Shown piece after piece: positions 1 to 9,383 of a stretch of 64,000 nucleotides of DNA. A program made the position numbers and the translations under genes. The notes below the pieces were generated by a model. It saw only the letters and a list, made by a program, of their open reading frames with translations. It did no database searches and was not told the origin of the DNA. Each line of letters opens with the position of its first letter. Position 1 is the stretch's first letter. Source of the stretch: Waterburya sp. (GTDB taxonomy: Bacteria > Cyanobacteriota > Cyanobacteriia > Cyanobacteriales > Xenococcaceae); contig CBDCJV010000002.1 of assembly GCA_965217895.1 (NCBI GenBank), forward strand, positions 896,001-960,000. Direction: 5' to 3'.

Positions 1-1058
1 GTTTGATTATCTTCGGTGACGATCGCATCGGTATGTTTTGAGCCATATTTGTTGATATGAGCGATCGCTGTTTCTACTGAATCAACTATCTTAATCGCTA
101 AAATTAAATCGCTATATTCTGTTTTCCAGTCGTGTTCATCAGCAAGTTTGACCTCAATTATCTTGCTAGCTGCTTCATCTCCCCTTAGCTGCACGCCTTC
201 TGCTTGTAAAGCTTTAGCTATTTGGGGCAAAAACTCTGCTACAATATCTTGATGAACTAATAATGTCTCGATCGCATTACAGGCTGCGGGATAATGAGTT
301 TTTGCATCGACGGTAATTTTGATGGCTTTATTAATTTCTGCTGCTTTGTCTAAATACAGATGACAGATACCGTCAGCATGACCCAATACAGGAATACGAG
401 TATGATCCTGAACGTATTGCACAAAGGAGTTAGAGCCTCTGGGAATAATCAGATCTACATATCGATCTAGCTTTAAAAGCTCTTTAATTTCTTCTCTGGT
501 GGTTAATAACTGTACTGCTGCTGGATCTACTGCCGTAGATTTCAAAGCCTGTTGAATAACTTTTTTTAATATCCGACAAGAATTAATTGCTTCAGTGCCA
601 CCTTTTAAAATTACCCCGTTACCAGACTTAATCGCCAAACTGGTAATTTGAATCAAGGCTTCAGGACGCGCCTCAAAAATAATTCCTAGCACTCCTAAAG
701 GACAGGTAACTCGTTTTAAAATCAATCCCTCGTCCAATTGGCGATGAATTTGATTTACGCCAATGGGATCTTCTAGTTTAGCTACATCCCGCACGCCAGC
801 GATCGCTGCTTGCAGTTTAGATTCTCCCAACTTAAGTCTGGCATACAGTGCGGGCGCAATATTATCCGCTTTTGCTGCCTGTAGATCTTTTTCATTACCA
901 GCTAAAATTTCTGAGTGGGCTGCTTCTAAAGCCTGTGCCACGGCTTCTAAGGCAGAATTCCTGGCTTCTGTAGATAATACAGCTAGTTTTCCTGCTGCTG
1001 TGCGAGTTTGTTGAGCAATTTCAATTAAAGAAGGTGATGCTATCTCAAAGGCAACCAT
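1..1058 (-). CDS. proA: gamma-glutamyl phosphate reductase (3' end runs off the window)
   Basis: Manual translation from ATG at 1058: [19 protein letters not shown]...[13 protein letters not shown]...[11 protein letters not shown]...DLIIPRGS...[15 protein letters not shown], all ProA motifs; missing from the ORF track because it is truncated by the window edge. Confidence 0.95.
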   Translation of the reverse strand, partial: MVAFEIASPSLIEIAQQTRTAAGKLAVLSTEARNSALEAVAQALEAAHSEILAGNEKDLQAAKADNIAPALYARLKLGESKLQAAIAGVRDVAKLEDPIGVNQIHRQLDEGLILKRVTCPLGVLGIIFEARPEALIQITSLAIKSGNGVILKGGTEAINSCRILKKVIQQALKSTAVDPAAVQLLTTREEIKELLKLDRYVDLIIPRGSNSFVQYVQDHTRIPVLGHADGICHLYLDKAAEINKAIKITVDAKTHYPAACNAIETLLVHQDIVAEFLPQIAKALQAEGVQLRGDEAASKIIEVKLADEHDWKTEYSDLILAIKIVDSVETAIAHINKYGSKHTDAIVTEDNQ

Positions 1059-1195
1059 ACTTGTTACTGAATATTCTGGAGTATCAACAATTTTAACGGA
1101 TTGAGTTAACAGCTAACATAAAGCTTACTGACTCTTCATAACTTCCTCAAATTTGCCAACTATAGTTGAAATTAATATTGAGATTGGTAAGAACA

Positions 1196-1918
1196 ATGAA
1201 AACAGTTTTTTCTAATAGACGAGAAGCAGGAAAAAGATTAGCTACAGAACTTGCTGCTTATGCTAATCATCCTCAAGCAATAGTATTGGGACTACCTCGT
1301 GGTGGCGTACCTGTAGCGTATGAAGTTGCCAAAACTCTAAATCTTCCCTTAGATGTTTGTTTGGTCAAAAAATTAGGTTTGCCTGACCGTCCAGAAACAG
1401 CGATGGGTGCAGTTGCCGAAGATGCACTGTTACCTAACTACTGTGGCAACATTACTGTTATCGATCGAGACACGGGTGAAATTCACGGAATTGATTCCCA
1501 ACAAATTCAAGCGATCGCTGCTCAAGCAAAAGTTGAATTAAGATGGCGCGATCGCTGTTATCGAAGCTTCCGTCCGATGCTAAAAATCTCGCAGCGTATT
1601 GTTATCGTTGTTGATGATGGTATTGCTACGGGTCAAACTATGCAGGCTGCGGTGACTGTTTTGCGTCAACATCAACCAGAAAAGATTATCATTGCTACTC
1701 CCGTTGCTGCTTTGCCAGCTATAGAAAAATTAGCAACTCAAGTAGACGATTTTGTTTGCTCAATTAAACCAAAATCTTTAGGTGCAGTGGGCTTTTGGTA
1801 CGAAGATTTTACTCAAACAACAGACCGAGAAGTAGGCAATTTACTTTCTCAAGTGACTTACAAAACCGCCCAAGGCGGTGAACGAGTGACTGTTGACCAA
1901 AATTGTTTATTAGTATAA
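1196..1918 (+). CDS. phosphoribosyltransferase-family protein
   Basis: VLGLPRGGVPVA and VIVVDDGIATGQT PRPP-binding motifs; ATG at 1196 preferred over TTG 1166. Confidence 0.85.
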   Translation: MKTVFSNRREAGKRLATELAAYANHPQAIVLGLPRGGVPVAYEVAKTLNLPLDVCLVKKLGLPDRPETAMGAVAEDALLPNYCGNITVIDRDTGEIHGIDSQQIQAIAAQAKVELRWRDRCYRSFRPMLKISQRIVIVVDDGIATGQTMQAAVTVLRQHQPEKIIIATPVAALPAIEKLATQVDDFVCSIKPKSLGAVGFWYEDFTQTTDREVGNLLSQVTYKTAQGGERVTVDQNCLLV

Positions 1919-1949
1919 ATAGTCTGGCAACAACCTTGTTGTTTACTTT

Positions 1950-2651
1950 TTACTGTTTATCTAGCCATTCTGTAAATAGACGCTCGATAACTTGATGACG
2001 TATTTCATTAAATTCTGGTTGGATAATTTCCTCAACAAAAATTAAATGAGCTTGTTTATCGACACGAATTGGTTTTAATACTTGAGGAGGTTTGGCTGCA
2101 AAAACAGCAGCAGAAATTTCTGGTTTTAAGTCGCTACGATTTAACAATCCTCGATAGCCTCCTCGACGGCGTAGTTCTATATCTGCAATATATTGATGTG
2201 CAATCTCCCAGAAGCTAAATTCCCGTTCTTGAACACCATAAAAAAGCTCTAAAGCTAAATCAAATTGAGGTAAAACTATTTCATAAATTACAGCTTTTGT
2301 ATAATCTAGCTGATGCTCATAAAAATAAGCCTCCGCTTTGTCTGCAAACAGGAAATTAGCTAATTTAGTCTTCAAGGCTCTAGTGTTGATTAAATATTCA
2401 AAATCTTCGGTAGTTAGACTATATTTTTTTAACCAGTTAAAAGTTGCTTCTGCACTAATCAAATTGTTTTGTAAACGAAAACTATCCGCGGCTTGCTGTG
2501 ACTCTTCCTCACTGAGAATTACTTGTTGGACTTGAGCGGTATTGTTAATAATTTTGTGAATACGAATATCTTTTAAGATCTTTGGTAGTTGACAAGAAAT
2601 TTTCAATTGCTGAATAATTTCTGGCTCGGAAATTGAAATCTTTTCTGACAT
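1950..2651 (-). CDS. PpiC/rotamase-like peptidyl-prolyl isomerase of cyanobacterial peptide-export clusters
   Basis: RRRGGYRG..R.DLKPEISAAVFAAKPPQVLKPI motif; last gene of the ABC-HlyD operon. Confidence 0.8.
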   Translation of the reverse strand: MSEKISISEPEIIQQLKISCQLPKILKDIRIHKIINNTAQVQQVILSEEESQQAADSFRLQNNLISAEATFNWLKKYSLTTEDFEYLINTRALKTKLANFLFADKAEAYFYEHQLDYTKAVIYEIVLPQFDLALELFYGVQEREFSFWEIAHQYIADIELRRRGGYRGLLNRSDLKPEISAAVFAAKPPQVLKPIRVDKQAHLIFVEEIIQPEFNEIRHQVIERLFTEWLDKQ

Positions 2652-2699
2652 TTATTGAAATTATTTTTATTTACTGATAAGCGATCGCTCTTAGCTTTT

Positions 2700-2857
2700 G
2701 GCGTTGCATAATTAAGATACGAATTGGAGTAAAAAATAATGCACTATCCCGCCTGTGCGATCGCATCAATTATTTCTAATTACAGTACTCATCGAGTAGA
2801 AGAATCATTTGATATGTTCCTATTCTTGATTGATTTGTGTCTTGATTCGGCAACACC
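2700..2857. mobile_element. MITE (GGCGTTGC-type TIR), degenerate
   Basis: Ends GGCGTTGCATAATTAAGA / TCTTGATTCGGCAACACC are imperfect inverted repeats; flanks resemble TARCTTTT. Confidence 0.55.
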
Positions 2858-2863
2858 TAACTT

Positions 2864-4825
2864 TTAAAGCTGTATTCCGCCTTTTTGTAGGCTTTTGAAG
2901 GGAGCAAGAAAAATATCGGCTAGACGACGCTGGCGAATAATAATTTCTGCTGTAGCAGTTTGTCCTGGGGTTAAGATAATATGGCGATCGCCATACTGGA
3001 TATAATTTTGGGCTAGCTGTATTTCTAGTTCGTAAAAATCTCCTTGTTCTTTATTGTCTGCGCCAGAAGCTGAAGATGGCGAGGTGGGAGTAACTCTAGA
3101 ATCAGGAGACACCCAGGTTAAAACTCCAGCAACTATGCCATAGTCTTGAAATGGGTAGGCATCGAACTTGATTTTTACTGGTAATCCAACTTTTAAAAAA
3201 CCACTTTCGCTGCTGTTCATTTTTGCCCGCAAAATTAAAGGAGAATTATATGGTGCAATCTGAGCTATGTTTTGTCCTGGCTGGACGACGGCACCAGGTT
3301 TTTGAATTGGTAATTGAAATACTGTTCCTTTAACTGGGGCATATAACACTCGTTGTTTTAACTGATAGTTTAGTCCTGAAATTATACTGCTAATTTGGGC
3401 GATTTCTCCTTTTGCAGTCTCAATTTGGGCATCGGTATTTTCAAATTCCTCTTTTGCTTTAAGTAAGCTCAAGTTATTACCCTTAACTAGAGAGTTATAA
3501 CCCCTTTGTTGTTCCTGCAAGCGTAATTCTGCTTGGTCTATTTCCGTAGAGGTCTGACGGACTAATTTCTCATAACCATTTTGTTGTTCTTGGTAGCTAG
3601 ATTTGGCTTGAGCAATTTCGGCTGCGGTGCGATTGAGGCTTTCTTTTGCTTCTTTGAATTCCCTGACCATATCCAATAAACGATCCTTAGCAATTACTCC
3701 CTGGCTGAAAGCATCCTGGTAACGAATAACTTTTTCTTGTGTCGCTTCTGTCTGAATTTGTGCCGTATTTTGCTCAGATTTACGGGCAGCGATCGCTTCT
3801 TTTGCTTGTTTTACTAAAGCAGCTTTTTCAGCCATTTGCGAGCTATAGCTAGATTTTGCTCCCAAAAAAGTCTGTTGTGCCTGATCGATCAAAGCCTGCT
3901 TTTCAAACTGTTGAGCTTGGCTTTGCTGTTCTTGCGCCCGTAATGATAGTAGCTGTTGGTCTTTTAGAGATTCCAGGCGATCGAGTTGATTTTGTTGGGC
4001 GGTCAATTTTTGCTGCTGTTGTTGTAATTCTGACTCAACAAGCTCAGATTCAAGCTTAAGTAAACTTTGTCCTGCTTTTACCTGCTCTCCTTCTTTGACC
4101 TCAATCGACATTACCGTACCGCTAACGGGAGAATCAAGATTAACAACTTTGCCCTTTGGCTCTAATTTACCCCTAGCAGAACCAACTTCATCAACTTTGG
4201 CGAATAATGCCCAGGGAACTGCTACTGCAACCAAAATCAAAGTTACATACAATAATCCTCTCAAAGAGACTCTTGGTAAAGTTTCGACCGCCTCTCGCGT
4301 CGAATCTGCCCATTCATTTTCTGCTAGAAGCTCTTGTGGTTTTTCTGGCTCGGTAATTATTTCTACTTCAGGAATTAATACTTTTTCCAATAGCCCAGGA
4401 CTGAATTGAGTATATCCTTTGTGTATAGAGCAGATAGCATCGGTTAATTCTTCTACTGGACTACCTTTTAACAAATAGCCTTTTGCTCCAGCATACAGAG
4501 CCTTTTGCAGGCGATCGCTGTCTTTGTGAGAACTAAGAACCAAAACCTTAGTATTAGGAAATCGCTGAGAAATAATATCTGTAGCTTTCACCCCATCCAT
4601 TTCTGGCATTTCTATGTCGATTAGAACCACATCTGGCTGCAATAATTCGACCTGTTCAACTGCCTGTTGCCCATTCTCCGCAGTGCCGACAATCTTTAAA
4701 TTAGTTACAGATTCAAGAGATTTGCTAATAAATTTACGGACAAAACTTTGATCGTCTACTAATAAAAGACGAATTTGAGGTTGGCTTACTTCATTAATAA
4801 TTTTATAGTTTTCTATCTTTTTCAT
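2864..4825 (-). CDS. HlyD-family type I secretion adaptor with N-terminal response-regulator receiver domain
   Basis: REC motifs LLLVDD...VVLIDIEMPEMDG...GYLLK, then a TM helix, long coiled coil and HlyD motifs (LYAPVKGTVF, KIKFDAYPFQDYG, LTPGQTATAEI); ATG 4825 chosen because the TTG at 4891 lies inside a MITE. Confidence 0.9.
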   Translation of the reverse strand: MKKIENYKIINEVSQPQIRLLLVDDQSFVRKFISKSLESVTNLKIVGTAENGQQAVEQVELLQPDVVLIDIEMPEMDGVKATDIISQRFPNTKVLVLSSHKDSDRLQKALYAGAKGYLLKGSPVEELTDAICSIHKGYTQFSPGLLEKVLIPEVEIITEPEKPQELLAENEWADSTREAVETLPRVSLRGLLYVTLILVAVAVPWALFAKVDEVGSARGKLEPKGKVVNLDSPVSGTVMSIEVKEGEQVKAGQSLLKLESELVESELQQQQQKLTAQQNQLDRLESLKDQQLLSLRAQEQQSQAQQFEKQALIDQAQQTFLGAKSSYSSQMAEKAALVKQAKEAIAARKSEQNTAQIQTEATQEKVIRYQDAFSQGVIAKDRLLDMVREFKEAKESLNRTAAEIAQAKSSYQEQQNGYEKLVRQTSTEIDQAELRLQEQQRGYNSLVKGNNLSLLKAKEEFENTDAQIETAKGEIAQISSIISGLNYQLKQRVLYAPVKGTVFQLPIQKPGAVVQPGQNIAQIAPYNSPLILRAKMNSSESGFLKVGLPVKIKFDAYPFQDYGIVAGVLTWVSPDSRVTPTSPSSASGADNKEQGDFYELEIQLAQNYIQYGDRHIILTPGQTATAEIIIRQRRLADIFLAPFKSLQKGGIQL

Positions 4826-4862
4826 ATCTAAAGCAATTGTTGATTTTTGTTGGTTAATTACT

Positions 4863-4990
4863 ACATTGCTAAATCGGGGTATGATTCTCAATTTGTCGTA
4901 TTTTGAACGAGAATTTAAAAAGCTAAGAGCTGATAGCTAAGAGCTAAGAACAGTATTACTCTCAGTTCCATACTTCAAATCAGCAACGCC
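4863..4990. mobile_element. MITE (GGCGTTGCTGA-type) between ABC transporter and HlyD genes
   Basis: Right end TCAGCAACGCC, degenerate left end ACATTGCTAAATC; 9-bp flanking repeat TTAATTACT (4854-4862) / TTAATTGCT (4991-4999); internal heptamer repeats (agctaag). Confidence 0.7.
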
Positions 4991-7981
4991 TTAATTGCTA
5001 ATGGCTAACTGTTGTTGATTGAGATGATAATACTGACCCTTACTGCTCATTAATTGCCGATGAGTACCGCTTTCTACCAGTAACCCCCGTTCCATCACTA
5101 AGATTAAATCCGCATTACGAACCGTAGATAAGCGATGGGCAATGATAAAGGTAGTTTGATTTTTGAGAATAGTTTCTAAATTGTTTTGGATAATGCGCTC
5201 TGATTCGGCATCCAAATTGCTAGTAGCCTCATCAAGAATCAATAAACGAGGCTTACCCAATAAAGCACGAGCGATCGCCAGTCTTTGCCTTTGTCCCCCC
5301 GACAGCAATCCACCCCCTTCACCAATCTGAGTATTATATTTTAGAGGCATTTCGTTAATAAATTCTGCTGCCCCAGCCAGTCTACAGGCTTCATCAATCG
5401 CAGCTTTACTTGCTTGAGGATGCCCAATAGTTAGGTTTTCGAGAATTGTTCCGCCAAACAGAAAAGTATCTTGATCGACTACTCCAGCTTGTTCCCGTAA
5501 TGAATGGAGAGAAAGGTTGTTGATGTCGTAGCCATCGATTAAAATTTTACCTTTAGTGGTACTGTACAGTCCTAAAAGTAGTTTAGAGATCGTGGTTTTT
5601 CCCGAACCACTACGACCAACTAAGGCAACGGTTTGTCCTGGTTTGACGACAAAACTAAGATTTTCTAAGGTGTTGATCTCACTTTCTAAGTTGTAGCGGA
5701 AGGTAACATCTTCAAAACAGATATGTCCTTTAATTGGTGGCAACGTAGCTAAATTAAACCTAGACAAATCCTCTTCTGTCTGGGAATTAATCACATCATC
5801 AGTACGCTCGATCGCAATTCTAATTTCTTGAAAATCATTCCAGAGGGCAATTAAGCGTTTGAAAGGACTAATTACATTTGCTACCAACATATTGAAGGCG
5901 ATCAGTTGTCCAATAGTTAATTGATTCTGAATCACCTGCCATACCCCAAATAGCAGCAAGAAGCTAGAAACCAGGGTTTCCATAACTGAGGTAGCAACCT
6001 GGATTCTTTCTCGAATCATTTTGCCCTTAAAATTGATCCGCACAGCTTCATTAATTAAATCTTCCCAACGCCACCTTACTGTCCTTTCGACTCCCATAGA
6101 TTTGATAGTGCCGACTCCCGTTAAAGCTTCAATTAAGTAACTTCGTTCAGTAGTATCAGCATTAAATATTTCGCGAGAAATTCGCACTAAAAAAGGAGTA
6201 GAAATAAAAGTAGTAACTCCAAAGATGGGAATAATGATTAAAGCCAATAAAGACATTTGCCAGCTATACCAAAACATTAAACCTAGATAAATAAAAATAC
6301 TGAGAATATCTAGAACTGTGGTGATGGCATCTCCAGTAATAAAGCTCCTAATCTTACGATTCTCGCTAATTCTGGAGGTAATATCCCCTACATAGCGAGT
6401 TTCAAAATAGCTAAGCGGTAATTGTAGAGCGTGGCTAATAAAGCCGATAATTAAGGATAAATCAAGCTTGTTGGCAGTATGATAGAGCAGATAACGTCGC
6501 AGGCTAGAAAGGGCAATGTCAAACAAGCGGAAGATAATTAAACCTATACCTACTGCTACTAGGGTTGATACGCTGCGCTGTACTACTACCCGATCTAACA
6601 GTACCTGGGTGAAGATCGGTGAGAACAAACCGACAATTTGAATCATTAGAGAAGTAACAAAAACTTCCAACAATACAAACCAATAAGGTTTTAGCAATGC
6701 CGTATATTTCCAGAGATCTTGTTTGGCTTCCCCTGCTTGTTTAAATTTCGCTGTCGGTGTCAGCAAAACAATATATCCAGTCCAGCCAGCAACAAATTCT
6801 TGACGGGTTAAAATCTTTCTGCCAATAGCAGGATCGCAGATAATTACTTGGCTTTTTGTGACCTGATAAACAACAATATAATGGTTTCCCTGCCAGTGAG
6901 CGATCGCAGGTAGTTCTTGACGCGCTAAGGCTGGTAAGTCAGCTTTACGAGGACGCACCGTAAAACCCAGAAATTCTGCTGCCCTAATCAAGCCTTTAAT
7001 GGATGTACCAGCCCGATCTACATTGGCAATATGACGTAACTGATTGACGCTAAAAGTTTTGCCCCAATATTTGCCCACCATTACCAAACAAGCGACTCCG
7101 CAGTCAGATGCACTGTGTTGCTTGTGAAAAGGATAGCGTCTTAACCGCTGTTGCCACCACTGAGTAATTCTGGTTCTGGGAGTAGGAAAATAAAATTGGT
7201 TATCCTCAACTTCAGAATCTTTTTTGGTTGTCTCAGAGGGTAAAACCTGCTCTAATTTTGCTAGAGAAATTCGATTCTGACTAGGGACTGGCTGGATAGA
7301 GGTTAGCTGGGTTCTATTTCTGTCTAGGCTATAAAGTTCTGTTGGTTCACTGACTAACCACTCGCCATTTTGAGGTAATTTATCAACTTCGTAAAGATTA
7401 CTAGGAGTGATTTTTGTGCCTGATGAATGGATAATTTCTCCTTGACGCAAAAGCCAAAGTTCTTGTTCTAATAGAGACTTTGGTAAACTACCCTGCTGTA
7501 GCTCATGTTGTTCTAAAAGCCGCAGCAAAGGCAAAATATCTTTTTTAGATTCAGCTTTACCTTGCTGATAGCGTAAAAGTAAATCTAGCTTCATTCCCTG
7601 AAGATAGAAAATAGATTCTAGCTGTTGATTTTCTGCCACTAAAGATTCCCAGCTAGAGCGATCGAGATAGCCTAACTTTAAACCTAATGAGGCACGTACT
7701 GCATAGGGTTTTAGACTGCCAAGCGGAAACAAGGTTATTTGCCCAAACCAACCTTCAGACAAAGAAATAATTAAATTGTCATCATGATCTAGTAACCTCG
7801 CTTTGCCTTCAATAATTAAATAGACTCCAGCCTCGGAAGTTTGAAAATTCCAGAATAGTTCTCCTGGTTTTGGTTCAATGATTTGTAATTTTCGCAGGCA
7901 GCTTTCTAGCTGTGCAGAGTCAAAAATATTATTTAAAGAAGAATTTAAATTTTGTTTTAAATTTTGTTTTGAAAGCACCAT
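4991..7981 (-). CDS. peptidase-containing ABC transporter (cNMP-like N-terminus, C39 peptidase, TMD, ATPase)
   Basis: C39 residues QHSASDCG (Cys), HWQGNHY (His), ICDPA (Asp); Walker A GRSGSGKT, LSGGQRQR, ILDEATS. Confidence 0.95.
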   Translation of the reverse strand: MVLSKQNLKQNLNSSLNNIFDSAQLESCLRKLQIIEPKPGELFWNFQTSEAGVYLIIEGKARLLDHDDNLIISLSEGWFGQITLFPLGSLKPYAVRASLGLKLGYLDRSSWESLVAENQQLESIFYLQGMKLDLLLRYQQGKAESKKDILPLLRLLEQHELQQGSLPKSLLEQELWLLRQGEIIHSSGTKITPSNLYEVDKLPQNGEWLVSEPTELYSLDRNRTQLTSIQPVPSQNRISLAKLEQVLPSETTKKDSEVEDNQFYFPTPRTRITQWWQQRLRRYPFHKQHSASDCGVACLVMVGKYWGKTFSVNQLRHIANVDRAGTSIKGLIRAAEFLGFTVRPRKADLPALARQELPAIAHWQGNHYIVVYQVTKSQVIICDPAIGRKILTRQEFVAGWTGYIVLLTPTAKFKQAGEAKQDLWKYTALLKPYWFVLLEVFVTSLMIQIVGLFSPIFTQVLLDRVVVQRSVSTLVAVGIGLIIFRLFDIALSSLRRYLLYHTANKLDLSLIIGFISHALQLPLSYFETRYVGDITSRISENRKIRSFITGDAITTVLDILSIFIYLGLMFWYSWQMSLLALIIIPIFGVTTFISTPFLVRISREIFNADTTERSYLIEALTGVGTIKSMGVERTVRWRWEDLINEAVRINFKGKMIRERIQVATSVMETLVSSFLLLFGVWQVIQNQLTIGQLIAFNMLVANVISPFKRLIALWNDFQEIRIAIERTDDVINSQTEEDLSRFNLATLPPIKGHICFEDVTFRYNLESEINTLENLSFVVKPGQTVALVGRSGSGKTTISKLLLGLYSTTKGKILIDGYDINNLSLHSLREQAGVVDQDTFLFGGTILENLTIGHPQASKAAIDEACRLAGAAEFINEMPLKYNTQIGEGGGLLSGGQRQRLAIARALLGKPRLLILDEATSNLDAESERIIQNNLETILKNQTTFIIAHRLSTVRNADLILVMERGLLVESGTHRQLMSSKGQYYHLNQQQLAISN

Positions 7982-8529
7982 TGGGAGTTTTTAAGTTGAG
8001 ATATAGATGCTGGATTAAGATCCTCGATCGCAATACCGCATTTGTCTTTGGTAAATACTTTTTGATGGTTTAGTTTTTGCTGTTTTTTGGTTGACAGTCC
8101 CATCTGCTTGAGTAAACGATTAACGTGGCGATCGCTTATCTCGATTCCTAACTCCTGCGCCAGATGCTTGCTTAACCACTTTGCCGTCCAGCGTTCAAAC
8201 GAATACCCATAATCTTTTGGGCTATTGATAACCAGTTTTTGCAGACGATTTAGATATTCATCATTTACTGTTTTTGGTCTACCCACAGAATGCTCTTGCC
8301 AAGAACTTACTTTTTCTGTTTTGGCGATCGCCATCCAATATCTGGCTGTATCTCTAGAACAACCCAAGGCAGAACAGATTTCTGTCTGGGACTGCCCCAT
8401 ACGAGCGCGAAGCACAATTTCTAGGCGACGACGCTTAGTTTCATCTAAGTGGACTGGAATATCTTCGGGAATTATCTGCGCCAGTAAAGAAGATAATTCT
8501 TTTATTTGATTGACTTCCTGTTTTTTCAT
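7957..8529 (-). CDS. helix-turn-helix protein derived from an IS630-type transposase N-terminus (no DDE domain)
   Basis: GQSQTEICSALGCSRDTARYW, GRPK, SPKDYGYSFERWTAKWLSKHL..ELGIEISDRHVNRLLKQMG; ends at 190 aa and overlaps the ABC transporter start by 25 nt. Confidence 0.8.
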   Translation of the reverse strand: MKKQEVNQIKELSSLLAQIIPEDIPVHLDETKRRRLEIVLRARMGQSQTEICSALGCSRDTARYWMAIAKTEKVSSWQEHSVGRPKTVNDEYLNRLQKLVINSPKDYGYSFERWTAKWLSKHLAQELGIEISDRHVNRLLKQMGLSTKKQQKLNHQKVFTKDKCGIAIEDLNPASISQLKNSQWCFQNKI

Positions 8530-8618
8530 TACTCTGCTTGTTTGAAAACTTTATAGCCGTTAACTAGAACTTTTTAGATCATCGCTAATCTACTGTTAAC
8601 TAGACATTAACTTTTACG

Positions 8619-8948
8619 AAGACATAATAGCCTCCATTGTGTCTTTAAATTAGTCATTATTTTAATATTTCAAACTGAGCCAACTAACAAAAAATATGTT
8701 TATCTAAGAAATAATGATACAACAGCAAAGCCTTTTGATTAGCTCAAAGAATCTTAAATTTAAATTTAATCTAACCGCCTAATATAAGCCATAATGGGAT
8801 TCATTCCGTATCATAACTACTATTGAAAGATATATATAGTAATTTAAAATACATTAGGGGACTCGAACAGATATCTAATCTAAAGTTAGTGTCTTTTTAA
8901 ACTATCAAACATTAGAGACATAATTATTTGCTTAAACTAATTTATGTC
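8619..8948. promoter_or_regulatory. candidate operator palindromes in divergent promoter
   Basis: AAGACATAAT-N7-ATTGTGTCTT (8619-8645) and GACATAA-N18-TTATGTC (8917-8948); extra half-sites near 8601 and 8888. Confidence 0.4.
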
Positions 8949-9103
8949 CAACTATTTGAGCAATTTAGGTTGATTTTGAATGGTTTTTTAAATTAAAACT
9001 AAGGCTAGATGAAAAAACGGTTATGGCAATTTAACATTCCATCAGCCTGATTCATCGCTAGTTTTGTAGATCATCTAATCAGCACTAAAGGAGAATTAAA
9101 GCA

Positions 9104-9361
9104 ATGGGAATTAATATTAACGATTTAAACCAAAAGCCTCTTGGTGGAGAATTGTTGTCTGGTTCTGAGAGCATTATGGACAACCTTCGCGTTCTTTCTG
9201 AAGAAGAATTGAGCATATCTGGTGGTGGCGGCTCCTGTGGTGGCGGCAGCAAAGGCAGTAAAGGCGGCAGTAAAGGTAGTAAAGGCGGCAGTAAAGGTAG
9301 TAAAGGCGGCAGCAAAGGCGGTGGATGTTACAATCCATGCCCCCCCCCTTGCCACCCTTAA
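9104..9361 (+). CDS. RiPP precursor peptide with double-glycine leader and Gly/Ser/Lys repeat core
   Basis: RBS AAGGAG at 9088-9093; leader MGININDL..GGELLSGSESIMDNLRVLSEEELSISGG (41 aa); core GGSCGGGSKGSKGGSKGSKGGSKGSKGGSKGGGCYNPCPPPCHP; next to a C39 transporter and modifying enzymes. Confidence 0.9.
   Translation: MGININDLNQKPLGGELLSGSESIMDNLRVLSEEELSISGGGGSCGGGSKGSKGGSKGSKGGSKGSKGGSKGGGCYNPCPPPCHP
9242..9319 (+). repeat. 21-bp coding tandem repeat, about 3.7 copies (GGSKGSK)
   Basis: Units ggcggcagYaaaggYagtaaa at 9242, 9263, 9284 and partial at 9305. Confidence 0.95.
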
Positions 9362-9383
9362 AAACTTTGTCCCTTGACAATAG

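Noticed and set aside
4826..4891. Extended N-terminus of the HlyD ORF (TTG 4891)
   Set aside because: The TTG lies within a MITE; ATG 4825 precedes the REC domain
7957..8529. Active or decayed IS630 element
   Set aside because: No DDE domain, TIRs or downstream remnant; the ORF is clean and overlaps the transporter gene
8808..8820. Possible NtcA site in the RiPP promoter
   Set aside because: GTA-N7-TAC; NtcA sites have an N8 spacer
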